From positions 42,470,001 to 42,534,000 of the forward strand of contig OX597834.1 of assembly GCA_951406725.2 (NCBI GenBank): 64,000 nt of DNA, read 5' to 3'. Position numbers and translations under genes: made by a program. The notes beneath the pieces are model-generated. The model saw only the letters and a program-made list of their open reading frames with translations, was not told the origin of the DNA and ran no database searches. Positions 26,406-39,960 of this stretch are shown piece after piece (position 1 is the first letter of the stretch; every line of letters begins with the position of its first letter). The stretch comes from Octopus vulgaris (lineage: Eukaryota).

Positions 26406-26929
26406 TTATTAAACTTTGCATAAATTGCAAAATCTTCAAATTTTGGATCAAGCTCACCCACCCTAACATTACCTTTGTGAGTCAGATCAACCACAGATTA
26501 GGAACCGTGGGTATAAATAATAGAAAACTGTTTCGTTCTTGAAATTTCAAAACGGTAACATTGGATTTGTTCTACGGCACCGACAATACGTTAATTCATC
26601 GGAAGGTACTTTTCTATGCAATTTTTCTCTATTTAATTTCTTTCACAATCTTGGCTCGATCAAAGACTATAGAATGGTAGGGAAGCAGACATCAGTTGAA
26701 TCTAAATGAAAATGAATGTATTCAAATAATCATTAGAGAATAATTAATCCACAAATAATTATTCAAATTATATCCGTATATATTTGGTATCGTTCTGAAT
26801 TTAAGCTCCGTGGTCACTGACTATTGGTACATATGGATATGACACGGCAATAATAATCATATATATCTCGTTTGTTTTCTCAGCATATTGCTGACTCATA
26901 TATATATATATTTCAATCTATATTTCAAT

Positions 26930-27132
26930 ATGTGACCGCGTGTGTATCGTTGGCGATTTTTTTTCCTCCGTCTTCCCTTCCTTGGATCTTCCCTTTTTCT
27001 ATGTTTCTGATGAAGAGATCCGCTCGAAACGTTAAATCGTCCTTCTTTCTCTCCTTTCCTGAGCATCCAATAACACTATACTTGTTTCACGTCCTCGCGT
27101 TGTGTTTTCTCTTGGCATTTTCATGTTTGGAT

Positions 27133-27140
<8 letters not shown>
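26930..27140 (+). mobile_element. ~210 bp non-autonomous element with hammerhead-like motif
   Basis: GTTT-CTGATGA-A-GAG[ATCCG]CTC-GAAA-CG-TT-AAAT at 27003-27037; TTCCTGAGC box shared with 7180-7370; ends in (TA)n. Confidence 0.65.
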
Positions 27141-27174
<34 letters not shown>

Positions 27175-27177
<3 letters not shown>

Positions 27178-27632
27178 CTCTACTCCCTGGAGAGAAAGTA
27201 GGAGAGGTATGCAGTAATATACACCTGGAAGATCCTGGAAGGAATATACACCTGGAAGAACTGGAATTGTGTCAATGCCAGAACGAGACGACACTGCATA
27301 GTGCCAAAGATCCCAGCAATGCCATCACGCTTCAGGACCAGCTTCTGCAACAGCCTGGGTTTCAAGGGCCCACACCTTTTTAATATTCTCCCAAAGAGTC
27401 TGAGGAACCTGCGCAAAGTAGATGTATGCATTTTTAAATCAAAGCTGGACCTCTTCCTGCCGAGAGTCCCAGATGAGCCTACATCACGGCCTGAGGTGCA
27501 AATGAGGGTAGCTACGTCAAATTCCATTCTTCACCAAGTGCCACATATTAGAGGAGGCTCTCAGTAATAACAGTGTAGCAAAACGGCGGTGCATCAGCAT
27601 GGCCGCAGCTATGAGCTGAAACTACAGATTAC
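27175..27632 (+). mobile_element. 3' end of a CR1/L2-group LINE (RT C-terminus plus 3' UTR)
   Basis: NSLGFKGPHLFNILPKSLRNL..VCIFKSKLDLFLPRVPDEP..ATSNSILHQ, stop near 27567, then the tail GGCGGTGCATCAGCATGGCCGCAGCTATGAGCTGAAAC. Confidence 0.8.
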
Positions 27633-28165
27633 ATATGTATATATATATATATATATATAAATTAGAAAAAAACAAACACCATTTATCAATTCAATAAGGA
27701 AAAAATTAAATTGTACCATTTAGAAAAATTGCATCTTATAGAATGATTAAATATAAGATAAAACACATACCAATGATTAAGTAATGTGCAAAATAAGTTT
27801 GGAATAATATTCCCTCATATCATATATAGTATGTACATATATATATATGTAACGTGAAAAATTTCAATTGGAAATAAATTGAAACTGATACGGTTTAATC
27901 ATGACAGAATCACAAGGCAACTGGGCAACAGACTACGCTTAGACAAAGAAATAGATGCCATAGCTCCGAGGATCTTCGGACAAAATCATATGGATAGCTA
28001 TAATTAGAAAGTTCGTCAGATTAATTGAAAGAAGAAAAAAACAATTAATTTTATAACATAAGTCGGCACATAACAGTTAGTATACTTGTAGCGTATAACT
28101 CGCAGTACACTACGATTAAATCTACATTTAAAGTACATATAACATTAAGATTTAGTGCATTGATC

Positions 28166-28221
<56 letters not shown>

Positions 28222-28711
28222 GTATGTATGTATGTATGTGTGTATTTATTAAACTCTGCTTTAAATTTTCCTCCGCTGACTTACGATCGATAAAGCTGAA
28301 CAAATGACTTACATAAAAGAAGCGAATGCGAAAGTGTCACTCTACGATGAGACCAGATAATCTTAAATACCCGAGTATATCCGAGAAGGAGAACGGTGTT
28401 TGTGAAGCAAGAATCATTCGCCTCATTAATAAATAACATAGGAATGTAACAAACCGTCACTAATTGAATGTGACAAATTTATTCTTTAGCCTTTAAGGAT
28501 TTTGGATTAATAAGGCTTGGATCAGTAAATCTCATTATATCTCTTTATCACGAGTGTAGTAATACTACATCTCCCGCTTTAAAGATTCGTATGTGTACGT
28601 ACATATGCATGTAGATGTGTATGTGTGTGTATTCATATATATATATATAATGTATGTATATATATATGTATATATAATCTACGTTTATATATATATATAT
28701 ATATATATAAA

Positions 28712-29967
28712 CAGGCTGAGTAAAAAGTAAGCAACGTTTTGAAACATGAAATTCATCACAATGTATTTCAACAACGCGGAAATTTTATTCATCAAAGTAA
28801 GCACCGTTACAATCAACAGATTTTGCCAACGAGTTTCAAGGTTTGTTTAGTCCGATAACATAAAAATCTGGAGTTCTGGAGTTGATGAACTCTTTGAACG
28901 CACTCTCGGCATCGGTTTGATTTTTAAACTCTTTCTCTCGCAGGAAGCGATCAATTTGCTTGAAAAAGTGCTGGTCGGTAGGAAAAAGGGTCTGGGGAAT
29001 AAGCTGGTTGGAGAAGAACTTCGTAGCCAAGTTGCCCCAACTATTGGAGCGCCAATAATGAAACGTGTGGTCGAGCATTGTCATGCAGGATGTTTTGCCC
29101 ACTTCTGTTGACCAGTCTGAGACGGAGGTGTAGCAGTTTTTCGTTCATTTTGGCAATTTTATGGCAATATGTTTCTGCAGTGATTGTCTTTCTGGGTTTC
29201 AAGAAATTATAATAGATGACCCCAGAAGTACACCCCCAGACAATTACCATAACCATTTTGAAGAGTTCGGGTTTAGGAACTTTTCGGTGCTTCAATTTGG
29301 TTCACCCACTGCGAAGAACGTGTTTTATTATTGTACAGAATCCACTTTTCAGTGCAATTTACAATACGGTCGAGAAATGGATCGGCCTGGTTAAGAAGAA
29401 GAAGCGAAAAGCAAATTTCTTATCTGCGCATTCTCTGATTTTCATTCAAATCGTGTGGTACCCATTTGTCGAGCTCTTTTGATTTTCCGATTGCATATGG
29501 TTGCAGGCAGTTTTTTGGCTAACTTGATATTCATTTGCCAGTTCTCAAATGGTTTTATGTGGATCTTTCTCACTGACGTTCTTTAATTGACCGTCATCGG
29601 TGACAGATGGGCGTCCACTACGCTCACGATCTTCAAGGTTCGGTTCCCCACTGAGAAATCTATTTCCGAGCTGACCACTCATTGGTCATTTCTCACCGTA
29701 CGTTTCGATGATATCGCAAAGCGATTTCAGCTTCTTTACGTCCGTTTTTTAAGTTGAATAGGAAAATTGATCGAATATCGCGCTTTGATACTTCCATTTC
29801 AGATGATTGTAACATCGGCGAAAAAAATATCAATGTTTATTGATGCATTTGGGAAAGTCTATGTCTCTATAATTGCAAAAATATGTTTTAAAATAATACA
29901 AAACTCTGCAAAAATCAGATACAAATTCTTCATAGTTGAAAACGTTGCATATATTTTACTCAACCTG
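28712..29967 (-). mobile_element. Full-length decayed mariner transposon (1256 bp)
   Basis: TIRs CAGGCTGAGTAAAAAGTAAGCAACGTTTT / AAAACGTTGCATATATTTTACTCAACCTG within (TA)n. Transposase remnants VMVIVWG..GVIYYNFLKP..TITAETYC..LHDNARPH and PTDQHFFKQID..FINSRTPDFY; frameshifted. Confidence 0.92.
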
Positions 29968-30136
29968 ATATATATATATATATATATGTCTTTTATTTGT
30001 TTTAGTCACGAGACTGCGGCCATTCTGGAGTACTGCCTTGTAAAAGGTTTTAGACGAATGAATCAACCCCAATACTTATTCATTTAAAGCCTGGTACTTA
30101 TGCTGTCGGTCCCTTTGCCGAATATATATACCCACC

Positions 30137-30205
<69 letters not shown>

Positions 30206-30229
30206 GATATGCATAAAATTTAAATAATG

Positions 30230-30550
30230 AGGGAGATAAATTGAATATTAATATAATTAATGTCAATTTAAAACCAGTAGCCTAGCATATATATATAAAA
30301 AAATAAAAATATCAGAAAAATTTTCAATACATGTGTATATTTAGGGATAAACCACTAGGTGGATAACCATACGCTAGAAGAAGATCACATACGATCTAAC
30401 TACAAAGAAAAAATGTTTTCCAGAGAAAATTCAGAGAAAATCCAGAAAAAATGGTGTTCGCTGAATTTTCTCTGTAGTTGGATCGTATGTAATCTTCTTC
30501 TAGCGTATGGTTATCCACCTAGTGGTTTAACCCTAAATATACACATGTAT
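30230..30550. mobile_element. Non-coding element with 85 bp inverted repeat
   Basis: 30327-30411 / 30466-30550; related sequence (ATCTTCTTCTAGC.TA.GG..TCCAC.TAGTGGTT) at ~45405-45478 and ~49693-49760. Confidence 0.75.
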
Positions 30551-30562
30551 ATATATATATAC

Positions 30563-30602
<40 letters not shown>

Positions 30603-30689
30603 ATACGAGCACGCACGTGCGCACACACACGTACACACACACACACACACAAACACACATACAAAAACACACACACACACACACAAACA

Positions 30690-30724
<35 letters not shown>

Positions 30725-31062
30725 CAAACTGAATATGCAGATTCAGTGGCTAGTACATATATTGGGTGAGTAACGGTTGACAAAACAATAGGTCTGTGTA
30801 GGTTGGTGAGAGAGCGAGTGTGTGTGTGTGTGTTTGCTTACAGTGCCAAAATGTACTGTCACCAAAACAGGCTCTATGTCCAGTCAGCCGTGTCAAATCC
30901 CCATCCTCAGACCAGCTGCTCTCAATGATCTCATCCTAGCTGCGGTGGGATTTCAATTCAGACGACAACGTGACACAACGAATACCGCAAGATTTTCCCC
31001 ATCGCACGCTCAAATAATTCCACGAATCAATCACACATCTTCGGCACTTTGTTCATCGATCA

Positions 31063-31295
31063 TTAAGCCTTTAGTCTTTTGATCTGGGCACATCTCGCCC
31101 AAATATCCCGACTCAATTTTGTTCAGAGTGGCCAGATCCGACCTCTCACACGTATTTACAAGGTCATTCTAATAATATATAATCCCGTCGTTGAAATCTT
31201 GAATCTATGACATAAATGCATGGTGATAAGTTCAAAACAATGTGAAATAAATATGCATCACATTTGACAGAGCAACATGAACGCTAAAGGGTTAA
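31063..31295. mobile_element. piggyBac-type MITE
   Basis: TTAA-GCCTTTAG ... CTAAAGGG-TTAA: TTAA target duplication and CCCTTTAG-type TIR. Confidence 0.65.
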
Positions 31296-31866
31296 AATTA
31301 GAGAGGTAAAGTTAAGCCCGAAAATAGTCAGACTCGGGTTACGGCACTCGAGATACGGAACTCAGGTTACAGAACTCAGGTAACGGAAGAAATGCTTTAA
31401 AACTTCTTAAGGCGTTTCTTGTCTAATATTTCAATCTTTTATATATAAAAAGTCGGTCTCTTTCGCTATAAATTACATACATATATATCTGTTTATCCAT
31501 CTGTATCTGTCATAACACGTATTGCTAGTTAACTTCGTAATGTCAGATGCATTAAATAGTTTAATAAATTTTTTTTTAGACTCTTCCAGAATTTATCGAC
31601 TGAAGTATCAAAACATTTTTGTGAGAAAACTATTTTGGATTGTATTTGCATCAGAATATTTGGTATTTGAATTATTTCCACATCTACTTAATTCCCATCT
31701 TCTAATTAAAGCAATTAGAACTGCTAGCATTTCACACCCATACATATCTGTATCTGTAATTCTCTATCTATTTCTTTATATATATATGTATGTGTGTGTA
31801 TGTATGTCTCTATGTATATGCATATGTAAGCTTGTATTTATATATGTGCATATACATGTATGTTTA

Positions 31867-31939
<73 letters not shown>

Positions 31940-32045
31940 GTAAAAAATACATAAATATATATATGTATTTATACATAATTATGTATACACAGACATATAT
32001 ATATATATATATATATATAAGTATTTATATATATATATATCCATA

Positions 32046-32084
<39 letters not shown>

Positions 32085-32149
32085 CCATATATATATATAT
32101 ATATATATACATGCACACGCACGCACACACACACACACACACAGACACA

Positions 32150-32211
<62 letters not shown>

Positions 32212-32724
32212 AGTCCATACTGAAACATAGAGTTACCTTGCACAAAATCTGACTGACACCCGGAACCATTAAAACGAAATTACGAAACTCATCAGCACAA
32301 CAACGCCCTACACCAACAGCAGCAGAGCCACACATCATTCTCCTGCTGGTTTCTGAAGAGAACAGATTCGCAGCAGATATCCTACGAACATTTCGCTGGA
32401 TGTAATTAGTAAATTTCCTATAACCATAAATGAGTTATCATAAAATTGGTTAAAATATATTTTTCAATTGCTGCGTTTAATCAAACAAAATAAAAGTGCA
32501 TGTATAATTACATGCAAATATGTAGACATATTCCATGCATACACACATGCATATATGCATACATATACATATACATATATAACACACATACACACATATA
32601 TATATATATATATATACATATATATAAATGTATATATTTATATGTACACACATATATATATATATATATGTATATATGTGTATATGTATATATGTGTATA
32701 TGTATATATGTGTATATATATATG

Positions 32725-32757
<33 letters not shown>

Positions 32758-33304
32758 GCTCATACACACAAGGTCTGCATGCATACATATACTTACATAT
32801 ACTTGCAAATGCACATACAAATAAATATATTATATATGCATATATACATACATATTTATATATATTACATACAAATATATAAATATATACAATATACATA
32901 TACATAATAAATATTGCATATAAATATATATATATATTATGTGTGTCTGTGTATAAATAGAAATAAATTTATATATATATATATATGTATGTATACAAAC
33001 ACACACACAAACATTTATATATATATATATATACATACATATATGTATATATACACAGACACACACACGTATACCCACGGACACAAGCACCTAGATACCC
33101 GCTCAGATGTACACACACTCACAAACACACACACACACACACGCAAACAAACGTATGTATCCACATATACAAAACAGAAGAATACATACATACCCATATA
33201 TATATATATCGCACTCAAACATCTATATCAACATATATATATACATGCGTATATCTGTATCCTCACGTTGGTTGTTTCATTCTGTTTCATATTTAGACAG
33301 CAAA

Positions 33305-33353
<49 letters not shown>

Positions 33354-33356
33354 TAC

Positions 33357-33411
<55 letters not shown>

Positions 33412-33462
33412 TACATATATATATACATATATATACATACATATACATATATATACATACAC

Positions 33463-33496
<34 letters not shown>

Positions 33497-33561
33497 GTGT
33501 GTGTGTGAGTATATATATATATATACATAAGAGAAGAGAGAGATGTATACACACACACACA

Positions 33562-33616
<55 letters not shown>

Positions 33617-34157
33617 CATTATATATGCACATTTATGCCTATATAACGCATACTTTCTGCATCCATTTATTATCTTTTCAAGATTTCGGTTAAAAAGAAA
33701 GCGCAGAGTTATATCCAGAGCCGAAAGCATAGCTGTGTGTGTCTCTGTCGTTTTCTGCACGTTTCATATGTTTGTGTATGCGCTCGTTATTGTATGACTA
33801 TGTGTCTGGAGAAAATTTCAAATTTAGTTGGTGTGTGTAATTATAAAATCATAATTACTGCCATAATTAGGCACAACCATCTCGTCAGACGTTTTTATCT
33901 GACAGCTAGTCATTACTATTTCCTCGTGTGTATTTAATGATAAATGCAATTAAAAATATATATGTATTAAACACACACACACACACACACAGAGACACAC
34001 ACACATGCACGCACGTACGGAGACACACAAACACAGACGAACACTTATATGCACACACAGTATGTATATTCTATATATAATCGGCAGGCGATACACACAT
34101 ATATGTACTATATGAATGTGTAGATATGTGGGTATATGTACGTGTATATTTCTGTGA

Positions 34158-34201
<44 letters not shown>

Positions 34202-34927
34202 TTGTGCATCTGAATGTAGAGATGTATACATTAATAACAAGAATTACAGCTTTTATTAGACGTGTACCTCAGAGAATATAGATACATATATATACATACA
34301 TCTATATACCATGTATAATATATTTATATATTTTATATATATGTATATATATAATAAATATATATATATAATGTGGATATGTGATCGTGTATATCTATAT
34401 AAATATAAACATATATATACATAATAATTATTATAATAATAATAAAAAAATAATAATAATTATAATAATAATAATAATGATAATATATATATGTATGTAT
34501 ATATGTATATTCTCGTGTGCAAACTGAGGAAGAGGAATTGTCAAAAACAAAATAAAACTGACGATTGCAAAATGGTGGCGCAATTTTATCTATTTTCTTG
34601 CTTCTTTTTAAAGGCTGGTTGTTGATTTGTTGTCATTTATTATTTTTTTTGTTTTAGTGCTTGATTTTTTTTTGTTATGTTCTTTACTAACTGTCATGAA
34701 GCACTTTAGTACATCTTTGACAGAAGAGAAAATAAACACAGAGTCTAGCTTTGATACACAAACACTCACTCACACGTACATATAATTGTATATATGTATA
34801 TATATATGTATTACACAGATGCACACATACATATATATGTATACGTATATATATGTAAGTATGCGTGTATATATACATCTCTCTCTTTCTCTTATTCGCT
34901 ATGTATGTATGTATGTATGTATACATG

Positions 34928-34964
<37 letters not shown>

Positions 34965-34965
<1 letters not shown>

Positions 34966-35378
34966 GGCGCAGGAGTGGCTGCGTGGTAAGTAGCTTGCTT
35001 ACCAACCACATGGTTCCGGGTTCAGTCCCACTGCGTGGCATCTTGGGTAAGTGTCTTCTACTATAGCCTCGGGCCAACCAAAGCCTTGTGAGTGGATTTG
35101 GTAGACGGAAACTGAAAGAAGCCCGTCGTATATATGTATGTATATATGTGTGTGTGTGTGTTTGTGTGTCTGTTTTAGTCCCCCTAGCATTGCTTGACAA
35201 CCGATGCTGGTGTGTTTACGTCCCCGTCACTTAGCGGTTCGGCAAAAGAGACCGAAAGAATAAGTACTGGGCTTACAAAGAATAAGTCCTGGGGTCGATT
35301 TGCTCGACTAAAGGCGGTGCTCCAGCATGGCCGCAGTCAAATGACTGAAACAAGTAAAAGAGTAAAAAAAAAAGAGTA
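34965..35378 (+). mobile_element. SINE family B, full length (tRNA head, CORE-like box, internal microsatellite, LINE-derived tail)
   Basis: A box TGGCTGCGTGG, B box GGTTCAGTCCC, CORE-like GTGGCATCTTGGGTAAGTG, (TA)(TG)n middle, tail ending (GTAAAAGA)n. Confidence 0.92.
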
Positions 35379-36109
35379 ATATATATATATATATAATGGC
35401 TGCAAACTCGAGTTCGCGTAATGCCGTCGCCTGATCGAGAGTCCTAAGCATGCAAAGGCTACGACCAACCGTTTTTGTGATGGGTCATACATTTTTCAAA
35501 CGGTGTCTGTGCATAATGATGTTTTATTGTGGGGGAGGGGTAAAAATTTGCACAAATCGAACCCCATCCTCTGAACACGGACAACATTAACTGGAAAAGA
35601 ACTCGTCTACATCATCGAACATTGGCAACGTCGCAGGTTGTCTTTCAGAGTTTTGATCAACTGGAGAGATATTATGACAATAACAGAGGGGCCTCCCACT
35701 CCTCGTGGTACTGATCTTGGGGAGATGTTGGGGAGTACTGATCTTGGGGAGTACTGATCTTGGGGAGTATCCAAGCAATTCACCGTTTCCTCGGAGGCAA
35801 ATAATCTGGACCTGTAAGCGGAAAATCATCAAGCTGTCTAGAGAGGTAGAAGAGGAGTTGTCTGCAGAGGCAGAAGGGGAGGTGTGAGTGTAGAACTGGT
35901 TGGAAAGGTGAGCTATAAAAAGGGAATAATGCCAACTGAGCTCAAGCTAAGCCTAGACCAACATTAGCTGGATCACGTGGTGTGGGTTGAATGTTGAAAG
36001 ACTCGAAACTATGACTCTAGGAAACTTCAGTGATAATGAGTCAAGGTACATTACAGGATCATGAACGAAATGCTTGCACAAACTCACACAAACTCCCCCT
36101 CTCCCAGGC

Positions 36110-36482
36110 GTGTGGTAATAGCTTGCTTCCCAAAGACATGGTTCCGGGTTCAGTCCCGCCGCGTCAGGTGTCTTTTACTATAGCCCCGGGCCGGCCAGAG
36201 TCTTGTGAGTCGCTTTGGCAGACGGAAAAAGAAAGAAACAGAAAGAATATCTATATCTGTATGTGTGTGTTTTGTGTCTGTATTTGTCCTCCACCACTGC
36301 TTGACAACCGGTATTGGTGCGTTTACGTCGCTGTAACTTAGCTGTTCAGCATAAGAGATCGATAGAATAAGTACTAACACCCCACCTACTAAAATGTACA
36401 GTGTTGATCCATTCGACTAAAAATTCTTCAAGGCGTTACCCCAACATGGCCGTAGTCTAATGACCGAAACAGGTAAACGATT
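36110..36482 (+). mobile_element. SINE family B, decayed
   Basis: Colinear with 34965-35378. Confidence 0.85.
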
Positions 36483-36494
36483 ATATATATATAT

Positions 36495-36775
36495 AAATGG
36501 AACAAAAACGCAATAGAGGACATTAAAACATCCAGGCAGACAAATGATACAAAGGTGGACAAGAGAAACAACAATTAGAAGGCCTGGCAAAAAAAGTACG
36601 GCTCATTCGTGGCTTTCTTTCGTCAGTCACGAACCAGAAGTCACAACCATTTCGGGCAGTTGCATTTGCGATGGTTAGATCTGGTTTCCCCTAAAAATAG
36701 TCTAAGCTAAGAGATTAGAACCCCTTTGTAAGAAAGCTAGCGAATGTGTACGGGAACAAAGACAAAAATAAATGC
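36495..36775. mobile_element. Dispersed non-coding repeat, also at 60675-60915
   Basis: Shared CATTCGTGGCTTTCTTTC(G/A)TCAGTCA..TTTCGG..GCTAAG..AAGAAAGC.AGCGAAT. Confidence 0.75.
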
Positions 36776-36794
36776 TGACTTCTAATGTAATATT

Positions 36795-36985
36795 TCTTTC
36801 TACTATATAGGTACAAGGCCTGAAATCTGAGGGGAGGGAGATAATCCCCTAGTGCCTAATTTCATCGAACCCCTGAAGGACTAAAAGCAAAGTCGAACTC
36901 GGCTAAATTTGATCTCAGAGACCGACGTAATGCTGCGAAGCATTGTTGCCTGGCGTGCTAACGACTGAGATAGTCCACCGCCTTA
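36795..36985 (-). mobile_element. SINE family A variant, decayed
   Basis: CAAGGCCTGAAAT..GCAAAGTCGAACTCGG..GGCGTGCTAACGA..CACCGCCTT. Confidence 0.7.
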
Positions 36986-37358
36986 ACTTCTAACGTAATA
37001 ATATATATTTATTTTGCTTGTCGAATTTCGTTCCCTTTGCTTCGATCGTAATATCACTCCGTTCTTAATATTATTCGCAACTAAAATCTATCATTACATT
37101 ATAAGGACATAAGCATAGACATATATACTTATATCCATCTATACATAATATAATATGATACACACATACACACACTCACACACGCCTACACGCACATACA
37201 CGCACACACACATACACACACACAAAATACATACGAATATTACACTGTTTAAATACCTCTTCAACTAATATCGCATAATTTCTTACATACGCATGCATTC
37301 ATGTGTGTGTCTCTGTGTGCGTGATTTTATACACACATACACATACACAAGCACACAG

Positions 37359-37437
<79 letters not shown>

Positions 37438-37863
37438 TATATATATGTACACACACAAACTCATACACAGATAAACTCACACACACACGTGCGCGTTCAC
37501 ACACTAAAACGTTTGTACGAAGCACGTACCGACGCACAAATTCTAAATAGCCATTGTTCTACAGATAATTATATCTAGATTCTCATGGTTGCATTTTATG
37601 TTTGGAAACTTCAGCGTTTAAAATGCCATTCAAATTCCAAAGTCCTTCCTCTATAATTAATCTCTATCCGTTATTCCCGCTAATACCATTTCGCGGAAAA
37701 ATGTTCCCGTTCTTTGCTACATTCCCTCAGACATCTTACAAATCCTCTTTTCAAGATGAAATCTGTAAAAAAAGAAAAGAAAAGAAAACAAAAAATATAA
37801 TATATATAAATAAAAGAAAAAATAAGTAGAGACATTCAAAGGCACTAAACAGACATACATACG

Positions 37864-37912
<49 letters not shown>

Positions 37913-38004
37913 AATATTTCAGACATACACATATTTCTAAGAAACATATTTGACTTTAAAAAACAGCAATAATAATTACCGTCAAAAAGTTTATAAAACG
38001 CCAA

Positions 38005-38040
38005 TGAATAATAATAATAATAATAATAATGATGATGATG

Positions 38041-38077
<37 letters not shown>

Positions 38078-38141
38078 TTATGATGATGATGATGATGATG
38101 ATAACAATAATAGCAAAAATGATAGCAACAACAACAACAAC

Positions 38142-38181
<40 letters not shown>

Positions 38182-38420
38182 GTAATTATAATAATAGACA
38201 ATAATTGTCATTAATATTGCTTTTTATTATTTTCAATATCAACTGATGATGAAAAGTCATCACTATCATTATTGCGTTTATCATCTTTATAACTTTCGTG
38301 GTGGTGGTCATCATCATTATCATCATCATCATAACAACAACAGCAATAACAACAACAACAACAAAACGAACGAATAGATTAGCAACGGCAGCTGAAATAA
38401 CAAACAAAGCAATAATAATT
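38005..38420. repeat. (AAT)n/(GAT)n/(AAC)n trinucleotide mosaic
   Basis: Seen directly. Confidence 0.95.
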
Positions 38421-39099
38421 TAATAATGTACTAGTAATTAAAAGCTACTGTTCTGCTAATAGCCGTGTTTTGTTTTATATTTCATTTTCAAAATTTTATT
38501 TCTTATATTTTTATTATAATTTTTTGGTGGGATTTATTTCCTTATATTTTTCCTTCACTTATTTCCTTTTTCTCTCCTTCTTCTTCTTCTCCTTCTTCTT
38601 CTTTCCTTATTGTTTGTATTATTAGTTCTGTTTTAAATTAATTGTGATCCTGCAATCGTAGCAAGGTATAAGCTATTGAGGACTTAACACCTTTAATTAG
38701 CAGTTGCATTAACGTGAAAGACTGCCTGTTCTTAGCTTCTCATTAAATCTAGTAATTGCTGTAATTATACTGAATTCTGACAGGAATGGTCCATCGGAGT
38801 TTCCAGATAAGAAACTTTTCCATAACAGCAGCTTACACGGTTAAACCCAGCTTCACGTAACACCCCCGTCTCTCTCTCTTGCTCTTCTACATCTCACACA
38901 TAGCTTCCTCCGCATTTAACATCACACACTTGAAATGCACACATTTCACGCACATACATTTCACGCACACATATTTCACACGCCGACACATACATACTCA
39001 TCGATTCCTAAGCTTGACGTGTCTTTCGTCGGCGATGTTGTGTTTTTAGCTATTTCTTCTTTGATCTCGCTTGCGCTGCGGAAGGTGTCGGCAGCGAGG

Positions 39100-39960
39100 A
39101 GGATGGCGGCCGTGGTGATGGTCGTGGCGGGAACGGTGCTGACAAGCCGTATCTGTGATGGTGATGATGATATCGGAGGATGCGATTATGGTGGCGATGA
39201 TGGTATTGGTAAACAGTGATTACCGTGATGGTAGTGGTGGTGGTGGTGGTGGTTGATGGTAGTGGTGACGGTGTTGTTGTTGTTGGTGGTGGTGGTGATA
39301 CCAGCGAGGATGAAAATGGTAATGTTTGTTATGGCTGTGTTAGTTCTGGTGTAAGGGTGGCGGTGATGATGGTGGCGGTGATGATGATGGTGTCGAGAGT
39401 GGCTTTGATGGCGGGGGCGATGATGGTGGTGTTGATGATGATGATTATGGTGATGATGATAGTGATGATGATGATGATGATGATGATGATAAAGATGATG
39501 ATGATGGTGATGATGAAGATGATGATGATGGTGATGATGATGGTGATGATGATGATGATAAAGATGATGATGATGATGATGATGGCTGTAAGATGGTGAT
39601 AATAGTGGAGGTCATGTGGTTACAGAGACGCCGAGGAAGAGTGGTGGAGAGGATGGTGGTGGCGGCGATGGTGGCAAAGTGTTTAAGCTGAACATTTTAA
39701 AGGTGATTATGACAAAAAAAATTGGACACAGAATTGGTGAAAGTAGGGGTGGTGGTGGTAGTAGAAGTGGTCGTCGTGGTGGTGTTTGCGAAGTAGTAGT
39801 CACTATACTGGTGTCGGTGGTGTTGTTGAGAGCAGAAGTGGTGCAGTAATTGTAGTGGTGTTAGTAGTAGGGATAGTATAGGTAGTAGCGCTAGTGGTAG
39901 TAGCAATCGTAGTCGAGGTGGTAGTTTTAGTGATAGCAGAGACGATAGAAGTGATAATAG
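39100..39960. repeat. (GAT)n/(GGT)n/(GTA)n degenerate trinucleotide region
   Basis: Seen directly. Confidence 0.9.

Noticed and set aside
32220-32460. CTGATGA (minus) and CTGAAGA (plus) cores
   Set aside because: No correctly placed GAAA or helices on the same strand.
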